Shown in pieces: positions 40,387-55,060 of a stretch of 64,000 nt of DNA (position 1 is its first letter; the number at the start of each line of letters is the position of its first letter). The notes under the pieces were generated by a model that was not told the DNA's origin, did not search any database, and worked only from the letters and a program-made list of their open reading frames with translations. Source of the DNA: Octopus sinensis. Lineage: Eukaryota. Position numbers and translations under genes: made by a program. Where the stretch lies: the NCBI RefSeq assembly GCF_006345805.1, contig NC_043010.1, forward strand, positions 8,308,001 through 8,372,000. The letters run 5' to 3'.

Positions 40387-40810
40387 GTTCTTTTATCTTA
40401 CTATAATCTTGACTTCTTTTATGGAGGCTATCCCCGTAACTGCAGCTGGTGCTTCTATGGAAACAGAAGCTACCATGGTCTTCATCTTACAATTGATATT
40501 GTTGCTACCCTTACTATTTATTCCATTATCTTCCACTTTTTCTCTCTTTATGTTTCCCAGCCTTTGAGCAGAAGACTTCAAGTGGATCTTTCTACTACGT
40601 CTATAGTCCCTGGGCATGTGATATGAATGGTGGTGTTCTGTTTTCCATTTCAACTATATCTAGCTCTTGTTAGAACGCTTTAGCCTGCGTCCAGAGTAAT
40701 GATTAATATTCTGCATCATACTGGAAGATGAGTTTAGTGAAAATGAAAACTGAGCCCTAATTACTGTGGTGACTAGCTGCACACACACACACACACACTT
40801 ATGTGTACAT

Positions 40811-40849
<39 letters not shown>

Positions 40850-41007
40850 TGCGTGTGTGTACACACATATGTATACTTGTTTTTGGCCAAATTCCTCTCC
40901 ATTCTTGCAATGGGGTTTAACTCTAGAATAGCCTTGTTGTTGGGGTTGGGCATGAGGGGACATCAGTGTCTAAGATTTCATGCAGACATCACCTAACAGC
41001 ATGTTGT

Positions 41008-41298
41008 GTGGAGGCACATGGCCTAATGGCTAGAGCAGCGGGCTCGCAATTTCGAATCTCAGACTGGGCAATGTGTGTGTTTATGAGCGAAAATACCTAA
41101 GCACCGCATGGCTCTGGCAGAAGGTAATGGTGAACTTCTGCTGACTCCTTCGCCACATCATTCTCTCACTCTTTCCTCCTGCATCTTGCAGCTCACCTGC
41201 GACAGACCGGCGTCCGATCCAGGTGGGGAAGCTATATGCCACGGAAACCGGAAAACCAGCCCTTATGAGCCAGGCATGACTCAAGAAGGAACAAACAA
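41008..41298 (+). mobile_element. SINE family C-like head with tail type 3
   Basis: GTGGAGGCACATGGCCTAATGG head; distinct tail ending GAAGGAACAAACAAC. Confidence 0.72.
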
Positions 41299-42369
41299 CA
41301 TGTTGTACATCATTTTGACTCATTATTTACCCATTCTGTATTGTAATATTAACCAAAACAAAAGAAAAAACAACAGCAAAAGGTATTGAGAGTAATAATA
41401 TCTCTGACCATGACCGTCTTTCTATGTATTTTAACACAAGACTGTGGACAAATATGCCTTCTCGCTTTCTCCTTAAATTTAAGCTCCATAAGGTACATGC
41501 TTCCATAAACCCATGCTTCCATAAGCCATCAAGGGACCACACTTCTGATTTATTAGTCAGGGGTCCTTCTGCTACTATTTTAAGGGTACATGTAAACATT
41601 AACTCTTTTTTGAAAAACAGAGGAGTGAAACTTTTCTCTTTGCTCTTTCTTCAGTAAATGCTTCAGGCAAAGAGACACTCGCTTTTGTAACATGCATCAC
41701 CCAAACATTTTATTTTTACCTTATCTTGACCCATGTCTAGTAACTCTTTTTGTTTCACAAAGCTCGCAAAAGATGAGGACATGTGGTTGATGTTGGTGTT
41801 ACTTTCGTTTAAACTACTAGGTTTGTCACCAATTTCTTGTTTTTTCTCTTGTGCTTTTCAAATTGTAACAGATTGTGTTTATAAGGGGCTTTACTTAACT
41901 TACTTTTATTCATATTTTCTTCTTTTTATATTGAAATCCCTCTGTATCTGCAGTCTTTATGTATTATTTGAATAATTAATGGAGGGTATTCAAAGAGTGT
42001 GGTCACTTGTTACCAATGATGGTAGTGACGATGACGATGACGATGATGATGATGACGACGATGATGATGGTGGTGATGATGGTAATGTTGCTGTTGTTCA
42101 CAATCATAGTGATGATCATGATGGTCATAATAATCATCATCATAACAAGCATTTTCTTCTATAATAATGGCATTCACATTTAGGATGTTTTTATAAGAAT
42201 ATATTAAGAATATATTAAGTTAGTAAAATGAAAGAGAAAGTTATTGTAGTCATAGTTATTGTGTTATACTCCAGTTTCACATCAAGGTTACTTTATGTAC
42301 TTAAATCTAATAAAATTTAATAATAGTTATGTAATAATAATAATGATGATGATGATGATGATAAAAAAA

Positions 42370-42640
42370 GCATTCGAGTGAGGTCGTTGCCAGTGCTGCT
42401 GGACTGGCTCCTGTGCAGGTGGCACATAAAATGCACCATTTGAACGTGGCCGTTGCCAGTACCACCAAACTGGCCCTCATGCCGGTGGCATGTAAAAGCA
42501 CTCACTACACTCTCAGAGTGGTCGGCATTAGGAAGGGCATCGAGCTGTAGAAACTCTGCCAGATCAGATTGGAGTCTGGTTCGCCAGACCTCAGTCAAAT
42601 CGTCCAACCCATGCTAGCATGGAAAGCGGACGTTAAACAA
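42370..42640 (+). mobile_element. RTE 3' terminal fragment
   Basis: Matches 24012-24280. Confidence 0.85.
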
Positions 42641-42667
42641 TGAATAATAATAATAATAATAATAATT

Positions 42668-43255
<588 letters not shown>

Positions 43256-43263
43256 TAATAATG

Positions 43264-43636
43264 ATCTCATGGCTTCTGATTTTCACTGATTGGAAGTGTG
43301 AACATGCATATGTTTTGTCTTATTGTAAAAGATGGGCTGCAGCAAATATTTTGCTCAATACCTCACATTTGCTTGTCAGTTGCTTGATCTTGACAAGTTG
43401 AGCATGTCCCTTGGTTGGCTGACAGTTATATGCATCTCTGATCATGAGTAGAAGTAGTGGGGGGGGGGTGCATCATAGCCATATGTTGAGAGGAATTCTT
43501 TGAGGTTTGAATAATATACCTCTGGAAAGATGATATACAATATATCTATTATGACAGGTAGTCATGATGGGTATATTGGGTTTTGTATATTTGTAAACTA
43601 GCATCACTTTGATGGCATGTGCAGCTCTCTCATTCA
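43264..43636 (+). mobile_element. Internally deleted older copy of the (TAA)n-associated element
   Basis: Both terminal regions homologous to 29961-30516; inside a large (AAT)n field. Confidence 0.8.
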
Positions 43637-43690
43637 ATAATAGTAATAATAATAATAATAATAAAATAATAATAATAATATAATAATAAT

Positions 43691-43725
<35 letters not shown>

Positions 43726-43805
43726 TAATAATAATAATAGTAATAATGATAATAATAATATTAATAATATTAATATTAATCATAATGATAATAATAATAA
43801 TAATA

Positions 43806-43837
<32 letters not shown>

Positions 43838-43937
43838 GTAATAATGATAAAAATAATATTAATAATATTAATATTAATCATAATGATAATAATAATAATA
43901 ATAGTAGTTGTAGTAGTAGTAGTAGTAGTAGTAGTAA

Positions 43938-43977
<40 letters not shown>

Positions 43978-44066
43978 GAGGAGGAGGAAGAGGAGTGGTA
44001 GTGATGGTGTGGTGGAGGAGGAATAAGAGGAAGAAGAGAATGATGATAATGATGATGATGATGGTG

Positions 44067-44097
<31 letters not shown>

Positions 44098-45305
44098 TAA
44101 TAATAATAATAACTGACAGGTACTTAATTTTTACAACTACTCAACAGAATCAATATCAAAGTTGACTGGTGGTGAGGTTTGAACTCAGAATGCGAAGGCT
44201 GTAACTCAATTTGACATGCATTAAGCCCAGTGCTCTATCAATGCCGTAAGAAGAATGAGAAGCAAAACAGAAAGCAAAAATATGATGTATAAATAATGTA
44301 GACACGTGTTATGTGTCAATGAATTGTGATAGTGTTGCAAATCTTAGCTTTTATCTGTTTCAGTTATGCTGCTAATGCTCTTAGAAGAAAGAGGATTTCA
44401 TGCAACTATTTCAAGTTTGCCCAGGGATAACTGAAATTTATATACTCGAGGTATAATAATCAGTTGCAGAATCTGAAACAGATAATCCAGTGAAATAGAG
44501 GAAAAACATGTAGATTAGAAGGAGATGTGAAGCAAGATGTTTCCACCACCAAAAACAGAAAAGTAATGAAATATATAAAAATTTTAAGAATGACATCTCG
44601 AGATCCAAGATATAAGAATATATCTATCTATTTATCTATGTCTGTCTGTCTCTCTCTGTATATACTCCTTTACTTGTTTCATGTGACTGTGGCCATGCTG
44701 GAGCACCGCCTTTAGTCGAGCAAATCGACCCCGGGACTTATTCTTTTGTAAGGCTAGTACTTATTCTATCAGTCTCTTTTGCTGAACTGCTAAGTTACGG
44801 GGATGGAAACACACTAGCTTTGGTTTTCAAGTGATGCTGGGGGGACAAACACAGACATACAAACATATATACACACACATACATACATATATACATATAT
44901 AAGAGTAAAGAGTAAACTGTAAAATACAGGTGGGAAAATTAAATCAAGCCGAAATCTATTACTGAAAGAATATACCTGCCACACACTCATTGAGGAAGAG
45001 GCTTCAGTCGATTTTAAAATTGTAACAGAATAACAACAGAGTGTAAAAAAATGTGTTGGGAAAAATCCAGAAGGAAACCTATTTTCTTAGTGAAGGTTCA
45101 TGCTAGGGAATAAATGACAAGACAACACCTTTTAAAAAGTTATGAACAAAACAATGTAATTGCTATATGTATACTTGTATTAACACACACAAACACATAA
45201 ACACACGGACATAGAAACATACATACATGCATGCATACATGCATACATACATATGTACATACATACATACATACATATATATATGTGTGTGTGTATATAT
45301 ATATA

Positions 45306-45480
45306 CTGTTGTGTCTGGGGAGAGTCATTTTCTTTTTGTGCCTTATAATTTAACACACTCACTGGTAAAATTTCCACTTATTCCTTAATTTTATTTTCCT
45401 CAAATTTTCGTTGCATCTTGCAACCTTTTCAATAGTCTTGACTCTGTCCGTTATTTACACTGCATTCCTTTTTGTTTGTT
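45306..45480 (-). mobile_element. Penelope-like short element with U3-A8 hammerhead motif
   Basis: Reverse complement of 47630-47790; motif at ~45399-45435. Confidence 0.58.
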
Positions 45481-45481
45481 G

Positions 45482-45526
<45 letters not shown>

Positions 45527-45903
45527 CATATATTTTTTTAATAATATATTATTATTATTAATATAAGGAAATCAATATCGAATACCCATATGAAAGACCT
45601 TGTGTATTAAAAATATATATAAATAAATAAATATAAAAATATAAATATAATGTATAAAATAAATTTGAAAGTTTAAAAGTTTTGACTTAAGTTTTTAAGC
45701 ATCATACGATCGTTTTGCAGAAGGGTTGTCCTTATAATGAAATCCTATATTGATAAGCACTTATAGACAACCCTTCTGCTCTTCAGAGATATAAAATATG
45801 AATATTGTGTGATATATCGAATGATATTTTTTTTTTAAATTTGAATTAAAATTGTAAAATGGTGTTTGTAAAAAGATGTTTGTAAAATAGTGTTTGTTTG
45901 AAA

Positions 45904-46206
45904 TCTTTATATATAAAACTAAAGTTGTGTGTGCTGTCTGTCTACTCCAATTTAGATTCCTAACTACTCCCACATTTTGCGGTGCAGTTTAACCAAAAGC
46001 GAGTATCTTATAGTCGTGATTCATATCGAGCCTTTCTGTGTATTAGCACGTGTCTACGATGAGTCTACGATTTAAAAAAAATTTACCATCATTTTTCCGC
46101 ATTTTTAATGATTTTTGCTCAGATTATATAAGGGAAGTAACTCTCTAAAAATGCTTATATAGTTATTTCCCTTACAAACCGGAGCAACGCCGGGCGATAC
46201 TGCTAG
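45904..46206 (+). mobile_element. Non-autonomous Helitron-type element
   Basis: A|TCTTTATATATAAAA...CCGGAGCAACGCCGGG...CTAG|T. Confidence 0.82.
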
Positions 46207-46931
46207 TGTAAAATAAAAATTAAAAATTACTACTTTTGATGAGAGTCTTTCAATCCATATATATTTCCTTCGTTATTCTACTGCAATAATCCATAATATT
46301 TATACTCAAAATCCGTCATATTATCTTGCATTCCAGTATAGTTCATATAGTTAGTTTAGAAGTGGGGAATTTGCATATACTTTAGTATGAGAATCTTGAA
46401 ATTCATATGTCTTCTTGGTAATTCCTCTGTAGCAATCCATGACGTTTTTGTCTTGGTAATTCTTCAGTGGCAATCCATAATATTTTTGTATAAAATTCAT
46501 TATATTATCTGGTAATGCAAATATAGTTCATAATACAAAATCAAATTATATTTTAAATTATATTTGAAGCTATGAATTTGTAAAATTATAAACTGGTCAC
46601 AGTATTTATTTTATATTTTTATTTTTATAATTGGAAAATACCAATCAAAATTTTAGATTTTTAAATTTAATTCAATTATAACTGTCCATTTGTTATAGAT
46701 AAGATTGACCTGGGTCCTAATTCTTTATTTAATGTCTAATTTATAATTTCACATTTATAATTTATATCTTATAAATTTACTTATAGCCAAATAATTCTAT
46801 TCAATTAATCAATCTATCTATTCATAAGTATCACCCTATATTTTAATATCACAAAAAAAAAAGGAATATCTATATATATTTACTAATCCAAATCTTTATT
46901 AGATTTCCTATAATATCTAAAAGTTTTATAT

Positions 46932-47342
46932 TACTCTTTTACTCTCTTTTACTTGTTTCAGTCATTTGACTGCGGCCATGCTGGAGCACCGCCTTTAGTC
47001 GAGAAAATCGACCCCGGGACTTATTCTTTGTAAGCCCAGTACTTATTCTATCGGTCTCTTTTTGCCGAACCGCTAAGTGACGGGGACGTAAACACACCAG
47101 CATCGGTTGTCAAGCAATGCTAGGGAGACAAACACAGACACGCAACACATACACACACATACATATATATATATACATATATACGACAAGCTTCTTTCAG
47201 TTTCCGTCTACCAAATCCACTCACAAGGCATTGGTCGGCCCGGGGCTATAGCAGAAGACACTTTCCCAAGATGCCATGCAGTGGGACTGAACCCGGAACC
47301 ATGTGGTTGGTTAGCAAGCTACTTACCACACAGCCACTCCTG
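46932..47342 (-). mobile_element. SINE family A, full length
   Basis: Reverse complement of 51040-51445. Confidence 0.92.
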
Positions 47343-47619
47343 TATATATATAAGACTAATACTACAGGAAAATTAGAATAGCTAATAATAGCACACACAA
47401 GGAGACAGAGGTACATACATATACAAACACATGCTCACACACATACATAAAAAATACACAAACACGGACAGGCAAGCATATGAATATGGAGAATACATAC
47501 ATACGTATATACATATGCATACACACACATATATATACATACACACATGCATGCATACGTAAATACATGCATGCATGCATAGGCACACACACTGACCTAC
47601 ACACATGCGCACAAACAAA

Positions 47620-47850
47620 CAAAACGATCACAGAGTAAATAATGGACAGAGTCAAGACTATTGAAAAGGTTGCAAGACGCAACGAAAATTTTAGGAAAAT
47701 AAAAATAAGGAATACGAGGAAATTTTACTGATGAGTGTGTTATATTATAAGGCACAAAAAGAAAATGACTCTCCCCAGACACAACAAAATATGCTTCAAC
47801 ACACGAACTCACATAAAGAATCTTGCAAACCAAATCCCAAAACGAAATAT
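47620..47850 (+). mobile_element. Penelope-like short element with U3-A8 hammerhead motif at 47658-47694
   Basis: cta-TTGAAAA-g-gttgc(aagac)gcaac-GAAA-attt-tag. Confidence 0.6.
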
Positions 47851-47857
47851 ACATATA

Positions 47858-48046
47858 TCATCATCATCATCATCATCATCATCATTTAGCGTCCGCTTTC
47901 CATGCTAGCATGGGTTGGACAGTTCAACTGGGGTCTGTGAAGCCAGAAGGCTGCATCAGGCCCAGTCTGATCTGGCAGTGTTTCTACGGCTGGATGCCCT
48001 TCCTAACGCCAACCACTCCGTGAGTGTAGTGGGTGCTTTTTACGTG
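47858..48046 (-). mobile_element. RTE 3' terminal fragment
   Basis: (CAT)n plus conserved UTR end. Confidence 0.85.
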
Positions 48047-48452
48047 CATATATATATATATACACATATATATATGTGTGTGTGTATGTGTATAAGATAA
48101 GGAAGAAAGTGAAGATATCAATATAGAAATTAGTTTAATACTATTTACAAGTGTTTTAATACCATTTTGTTGCAAACCAAATTACCTACTGATGATTATG
48201 TGTGATAAATTACATAAAAGCTGTATATATTTATCTATGACTGAATAGTACAGAGCAGCACATTATCAGATATTTACCAGAACTTGCCTTTACCCCAGTC
48301 TTGAAGCCTTAAAGTGTGGATAATGAGGTGTGTGTACTGGGTACTGCATAAAGAATACACTGGTATATTACACAACCCAAACACAAACACATACACACAG
48401 AAACATATATACATACATGTAAATGAATATAATGTCATTCAATCTAACCAAG

Positions 48453-48527
48453 CAAATATATTATCATAAACGTAAAATATATTATCATAAACGTAAAATA
48501 TATTATCATAAACGTAAAATATATTAT
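48453..48527. repeat. 21-bp minisatellite, ~3.5 units, at the 5' junction of an RTE fragment
   Basis: AAATATATTATCATAAACGTA repeated. Confidence 0.9.
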
Positions 48528-48690
48528 CTACACTTGCGGAGTGGTTGGCGTTAGGAAGGGCATCCAGCTGTAGAAACACTGCCAGATCAGACTGGAGCCT
48601 GGTGCAGCCTCCTGGCTTCCCAGACCCTGGTCGAACCGTCCAACCCGTGCTAGCGCGGAAAACGGATGTTAAACGATGATGATGATGATG
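48527..48690 (+). mobile_element. RTE 3' terminal fragment
   Basis: Conserved UTR end plus (GAT)n. Confidence 0.85.
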
Positions 48691-49481
48691 TATATCATAT
48701 AGCATATACTATATACTAACAGGTATCTGGTAGCAGGGTGTATATTACATACACAATTTAGGGGGCGATTAAATGAAAGAATTTCTGTTATACAGCCCCA
48801 AGGGACAGACTACATAAGACATGAGCTGTAAATATAAATTTGAAACATTTATGAACTGCAATCTCCCCCACTTTGCACATAGACAAACCTGCAGCAAAAT
48901 ACCTGAACATGATTACATTTAAACTCTGCTTGAAGCTATAAATTATAAATATTTTCTCGAAACACATCAAGAATTTATTTTTTGTTCTTTTTGCGGAATC
49001 TACTAAAAAGCTCAATAAATAGCTTAGAGCAATAAAAATTAATATGTTATGTTGTCTAACTGAATTAAAAATAACTCAAGGAAAATTTATTAAGTTGAAT
49101 ATATGTAACAGATATTTGAAATATTAACGTGTTTCTGATAACTGGGTGTATATTACATGATTGTGCTGAAACTTATTCAGATGTTGGACCAATATAAATT
49201 TCATTTGTCCACCAGATGAAGAACGTTTGTATTTAATATGTGTATTTAATAAACTTCCAGCTACCAGAAGCAGATACACGTCCCAGGTAGATATTATGTA
49301 TTTTAATATATTTGCTCACATAACATTATATTAATTTGTATAGCTCTAACCTATTTGTACATACATACACACATACAGGTATAAATGCATGTATATATAC
49401 ATACACACACACACATATATATATATATTATATATATATATACATACATATATATATACATACATTTATATATACATATAT

Positions 49482-49572
<91 letters not shown>

Positions 49573-50379
49573 GCAAATATATATATATACTTATATAAAC
49601 TGATTTGTGTGTGTATGTGCATATATATGTGTATGTATGTATGTATATAAAAATATATATGTGTATATATATATATATGTTACATACACATACATATGTA
49701 TATACTCTGGTGAGGCCTTAATTATTCATATTGCAAATATGAGATAAGCAGGATCAATACACATGATCCCTCTGTACTTGCTAACATGCAGGTTTGAACT
49801 TCAAATGACAATTAATTTGTTGTTATCGTGGTTGGCTAGGCTGCTCTACATTCTCTTTGTCCTAAAGAAGAGTAGGATTTAATTATTTGTTTTCTGTAGG
49901 TTGAATGTGTATTGAGAACGGAAATCCATTGAGGGCATCTATATAATATGAGAACAGTTCAGAAACACTGGTTTGCCATTAAAAACTACCTCTCATTCAT
50001 TCTAAACTTAAAAAAAAAAAAAAGAGAATTACGGAGATGTACTCGCATAGCAAGTGATTTGATCTGAGATCGTGTGCTGGAACAAAAACAATTGCATCTC
50101 AGCAGCACAGATTTTTGTCAGTGAACAGGTCGCGGATTTTAGCGACGAAAATATTTTGACAAATTAAACTTAAATGTTGAAGTGAATCGAACGGCTTTTG
50201 TGTGTTTCTTAAATGGCTTATAAACACCTTCAATGCTGCAATTGTCGTAAAAAAAAAGAAACGGTTACACAAGTGCCATGCATCAAGAAGGAAACAGGTA
50301 TCCAATAACATCTTTTGGGATGGCAATACTGAACAAATCTCTGAAATGAGTTGGTTGCCAATTGTTGAAGTGGCAAAAT

Positions 50380-50586
50380 GGTGGTGAGTTGGCAGAAACA
50401 GTAGCACGCCGGGCGAAATGCGTAGCCGTATTTCGTTTGCCGTTACGTTCTGAGTTCAAATTCCGCTGAGGTTGACTTTGCCTTTCATCCTTTCGGGGTC
50501 GATTAAATAAGTACTAGTTACACACTAGTTTGTCTGTCCTTGTTTGTCCCCTCTATGTTTAGCCCCCTGTGGGCAATAAAGAAATA
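50380..50586 (+). mobile_element. Family-B SINE with internal deletion
   Basis: Head, core and tail match the 12963 copy. Confidence 0.85.
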
Positions 50587-51039
50587 AATAATATGCAAAT
50601 TAGTTAGTGTTTCTCTCTATGAAATCAGCCACAAATGATTTTGTTATGATTAATGTAATAATGGTTTCAAATTTAGCACAAGACCATTAAGTTTGCAGGT
50701 GTGTGTGTGGTGGTGGGGGGGAGGTGAAAATAAGTCAATTTCATTGACCCCAGGGCTCAAGTGGTACTTATTTTGTCGATCCCCAAAAATATGGCAGTAT
50801 TTGAACTCAGGACGTATAGATGGACAAAATACCGCTGAACATTTTGCTTGGTGTGCTAATGGTTCTGCCATCTTGCTGCCACACATGATTAATGTAATAA
50901 CAACAACAATTTAATTGACATTTCAAGTTCAAATTTATGCATTTGTAGATAAAATGAAAATCTATTCCTTGTGTGGTCCACAATGGTTATTAATCCTGTA
51001 TACTTGCCTCATATTATACCTAACTCTCAGTATGCTTGC

Positions 51040-51445
51040 AGGTGCTGGAGTGGCTGTGTGGTAAGTAGCTTGCTTACCAACCACATGGTTCCGGGATCAG
51101 TCCCACTGCGTGGCATCTTGGGCAAGTATCTTCTACTATAGCCCCGGGCCGACCAATGCCTTGTGAGTGGATTTGGTAGACGGAAACTGAAAGAAGCCTG
51201 TCGTATATATGTATATATATATGTGTGTGTGTGTTTGTGTGTCTGTGTTTGTCCCCCTAGCATTGCTTGACAACTGATGCTGGTGTGTTTACGTCCCTGT
51301 CACTTAGCGGTTCGGCAAAAAGAGACCGATAGAATAAGTACTGGGCTTACAAAGAATAAGTCCCGGGGTCGAGTTGCTCGACTAAAGGCGGTGCTCCAGC
51401 ATGGCCGCAGTCAAATGACTGAAACAAGTAAAAGAGTAAAAGAAA
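51040..51445 (+). mobile_element. SINE family A, full length
   Basis: Homologous to the other copies. Confidence 0.92.
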
Positions 51446-51631
51446 GTAATCCTATCGCATCCTTTCTGCATCTTTAGTTTAAAATAAATGCATAGAATAT
51501 TCATCCTCTCATTTTCTACATATTGAACACAACCACTTTGCAGATTGTAGCAAGTTTTCTTCTTTCCAGCTAAGTAGAACTTCAGTCTTGGCTAAATTTA
51601 ATATGATGCCTAATATGATGCAGTGTTTCTA

Positions 51632-51796
51632 GGCGCAGGAGTGGCTGTGTGGTAAGTAGCTTGCTAACCAACCACATGGTTCCGGGTTCAGTCCCACTGC
51701 GTGGCATCTTGGGCAAGTGTCTTCTGCTATAGCCCCGGGCCGACCAATGCCTTGTGAGTGGATTTGGTAGATGGAAACTGAAAGAAGCCTGTCGTA

Positions 51797-51871
<75 letters not shown>

Positions 51872-52087
51872 ATATGTTTGTGTGGCTGTGTTTGTCCCCC
51901 TAGTATTGCTTGACAACCGATGCTGGTGTGTTTACGTCCCCGTCACTTAGTGGTTCGGCAAAAGAGACTGATAGAATAAGTACTTGGCTTACAAAGAATA
52001 AGTCCCGGGGTTGATTTGCTCGACTAAAGGCTGTGCTCCAGTATGGCCACAGTCAAATGACTGAAACAAGTAAAAGAGTTAAAGAGT
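51632..52087 (+). mobile_element. SINE family A, full length
   Basis: Homologous to the other copies. Confidence 0.92.
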
Positions 52088-53121
52088 TTACAATGATCAT
52101 GCTCTGTCAATACAAGCTTGATACAAACACACAGACAAACACAAACACATATATGGCATGCTTTTTCAATGTCTGGTCACTACTTGCCTTGGCAGACCTG
52201 ATGTTGTAGTATGATACTGTGCACTGAGATTGAAACCAAACCCCCAAACTTGAAAATTGAAGTTCTTAACCCTGCAGCCATACCTGCACCTTATATAAGT
52301 AGATATCATCATCCTCACCATGTTAACGTCCACTTTTCAATGCCTGGATGGGTCAGATAGAGGTTTTTGAGACAGATGTTCTACAGTTGGATGCCCTTCC
52401 TGTTACCAACCTTTACCTGTTTCCAATCAAGGTAATATTTCAATATGACCAGACATGTTTTGTAGAATACAAGAATCATGCAATGTCAACACACAAAAAA
52501 AACACAAAAACAAATGCACACAACCACACACATATGTACATGTATGCACACACACATGCCTGCACATACACATGCACAATGTGCTTTTTACATTTTCCAA
52601 CTACCAAATTTCCTTACAAGTCTTTGAATAGCCTGGGGCTTTAGCAAAAGATGCCAAGCTGTGGGATTGATCCCTAAACCTTGTGGTTGGGAAACAAACT
52701 TCTCAATCATGCAACCACACCTGCAACCTATGTATATGTATAAATATAGTGTTTTTATACCGTCTTTCTACTTCTATGCTTCTCTGCTTGATAAGTCTCT
52801 CTTTTTGCATTTTGTGAGGAATTTGGATTTGGTTCATGATGTATGAAATATGTTGAGCAATTTTGGATTGATGCATGCCTCGATTTATATCTTTTTGTCA
52901 TGATATCACATTAATTATGCTTTGTTCTAGCATTGACATCTCATCTCTTCATGTCAAACACAAGGAATTATGTACTGAGGTACACATTTCAAAATACTAA
53001 TATATATATATAATATATATATATATATAATATTATAATATAAATATATATATATATTATATCATATATGTATATATATGTATATATATATTATATATAT
53101 ATCTATCTATCATATATATAC

Positions 53122-53173
<52 letters not shown>

Positions 53174-53216
53174 TATATATAGTATATATATCATAATATA
53201 TAGTATATATATCATA

Positions 53217-53257
<41 letters not shown>

Positions 53258-53918
53258 CATATATATATATATTATATATATATAGGCACATGCACACACA
53301 CACCACACACACACACACATGTATGTATATATATATGTGTGTCTATATATATATATAGAGAGAGGGAGGGGAAGAACTAGATAGATAGATAAATAGATTA
53401 AACACATAAATACATACATATATTTATATATATATATATATATATAATTACATACATACATGCATGCACACATTCACACACACACACATGTACATATATA
53501 GACATATATATATATAAATATATAGACACACATATGTATGCATGTCTGTGTGTGTATGTAGCCAGTGCTTTTGAATAAAAATATCTTGCATTGCTATTTG
53601 TTCTACCAAACTTACACTGCCACTTTCTTGTCAATCTTGCCATGGGAGATATACAGACAACCGATGATTGATCCATTGGATATCTCTAACCATATTCTTC
53701 ACTAAAGATGTTATAAAAAAATGTAATAAATAAGCATTTTTATGATGCAAAAGAAAAATGTCCATTAAATGACAGTAAAATATATATTATATCTTGTTAG
53801 GAATAACTTTATTTTATCATTAAGTATTGTGTTGTTGTTGTTTTTTTTTGTTTTGGTTTAACGCCTCTTCATAATCTGTTATGTTGGATGTTCTGTTTCT
53901 TCCTTTGTACTATGCATG

Positions 53919-53959
<41 letters not shown>

Positions 53960-54651
53960 TGTGTGTGTGTGCGTGTGCATGCCTGTTTTGTTGCAACGCA
54001 AGCTGGTGTGTATCTCCCCTTCAAAAGGTTTTCTATATCTCATACAGCGTGCTTTGATCTGGCATTAGCATCAGCTGCATCTCCTGCTTGTTATGATCTA
54101 TTTGAAACAGACAAACTTTCAGTAATCATACAAACTTTTCTTCTATTATTTTCTTATCTTCGGCTTCCCTTTCAACGTTAGCCTTCTCAACAGAGACCTA
54201 TATTTCACGAAGAACGCTAATCTCATTTCGCAATTCCTTTCTCTCTCTTACATACCATACATATATATTTTGTCATTAATATTATTTTGATGGCTCTTGA
54301 ATTATACCACAAAATTATCTAACCTTAATTAATGGATATTCATAGCGTGCAAGGTGTGTATGCATGTGCATATATGTGTATTAAGGGCAGAATATATATA
54401 TTCTTAAATGCTTGGAATATTACATATCTGTTTATAGCATGCAAACATCTCATATCCAAAATTTAACACTGATTAACAGTTGAGAATAACAATATTTGGA
54501 AGAGAAGCTGAAGTCTCTATCTCATGATTGATTCATCTGCTTTGAAATGTTGTTATGCTATCATACTGTGAGTTGTCTTCAGAACATTATATTGTATTTC
54601 ATGTATATAATATTACACAAATGTATTTGCCCAAATATGTGTGTGTATATA

Positions 54652-55060
54652 GGGGCAGGAGTGGCTGTGTGGTAAATAGCTTGCTTACGAACCACATGGT
54701 TCTGGGTTCAGTCCTACTGCGTGGCAACTTGGGCAAGTGTGTTCTACTATAGCCTCAGGCCGACCAAAGCCTTGTGAGTCGATTTGGTAGACGGAAACTG
54801 AAAGAAGCCCGTCGTATATATGTATATATGTATATGTATGTGTGTGTGTATATGTTTATGTGTCTGTGTTTCTCCCCCCCAACATCGATTGACAACCGAT
54901 GCTGGTGTGTTTGTGTCCCCGTAACTTAGTGGTCTCAAAAGAGAACGATAGAATAAGTACTAGGCTTACAAAGAATATGTCCTGGGGTCGATTTTCTCGA
55001 CTAAAGGCGGTGCTCCAGCATGGCCACAGTCAAAATGACTGAAACAAGTAAAAAGAGAGT
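54652..55060 (+). mobile_element. SINE family A, full length
   Basis: Homologous to the other copies. Confidence 0.9.
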
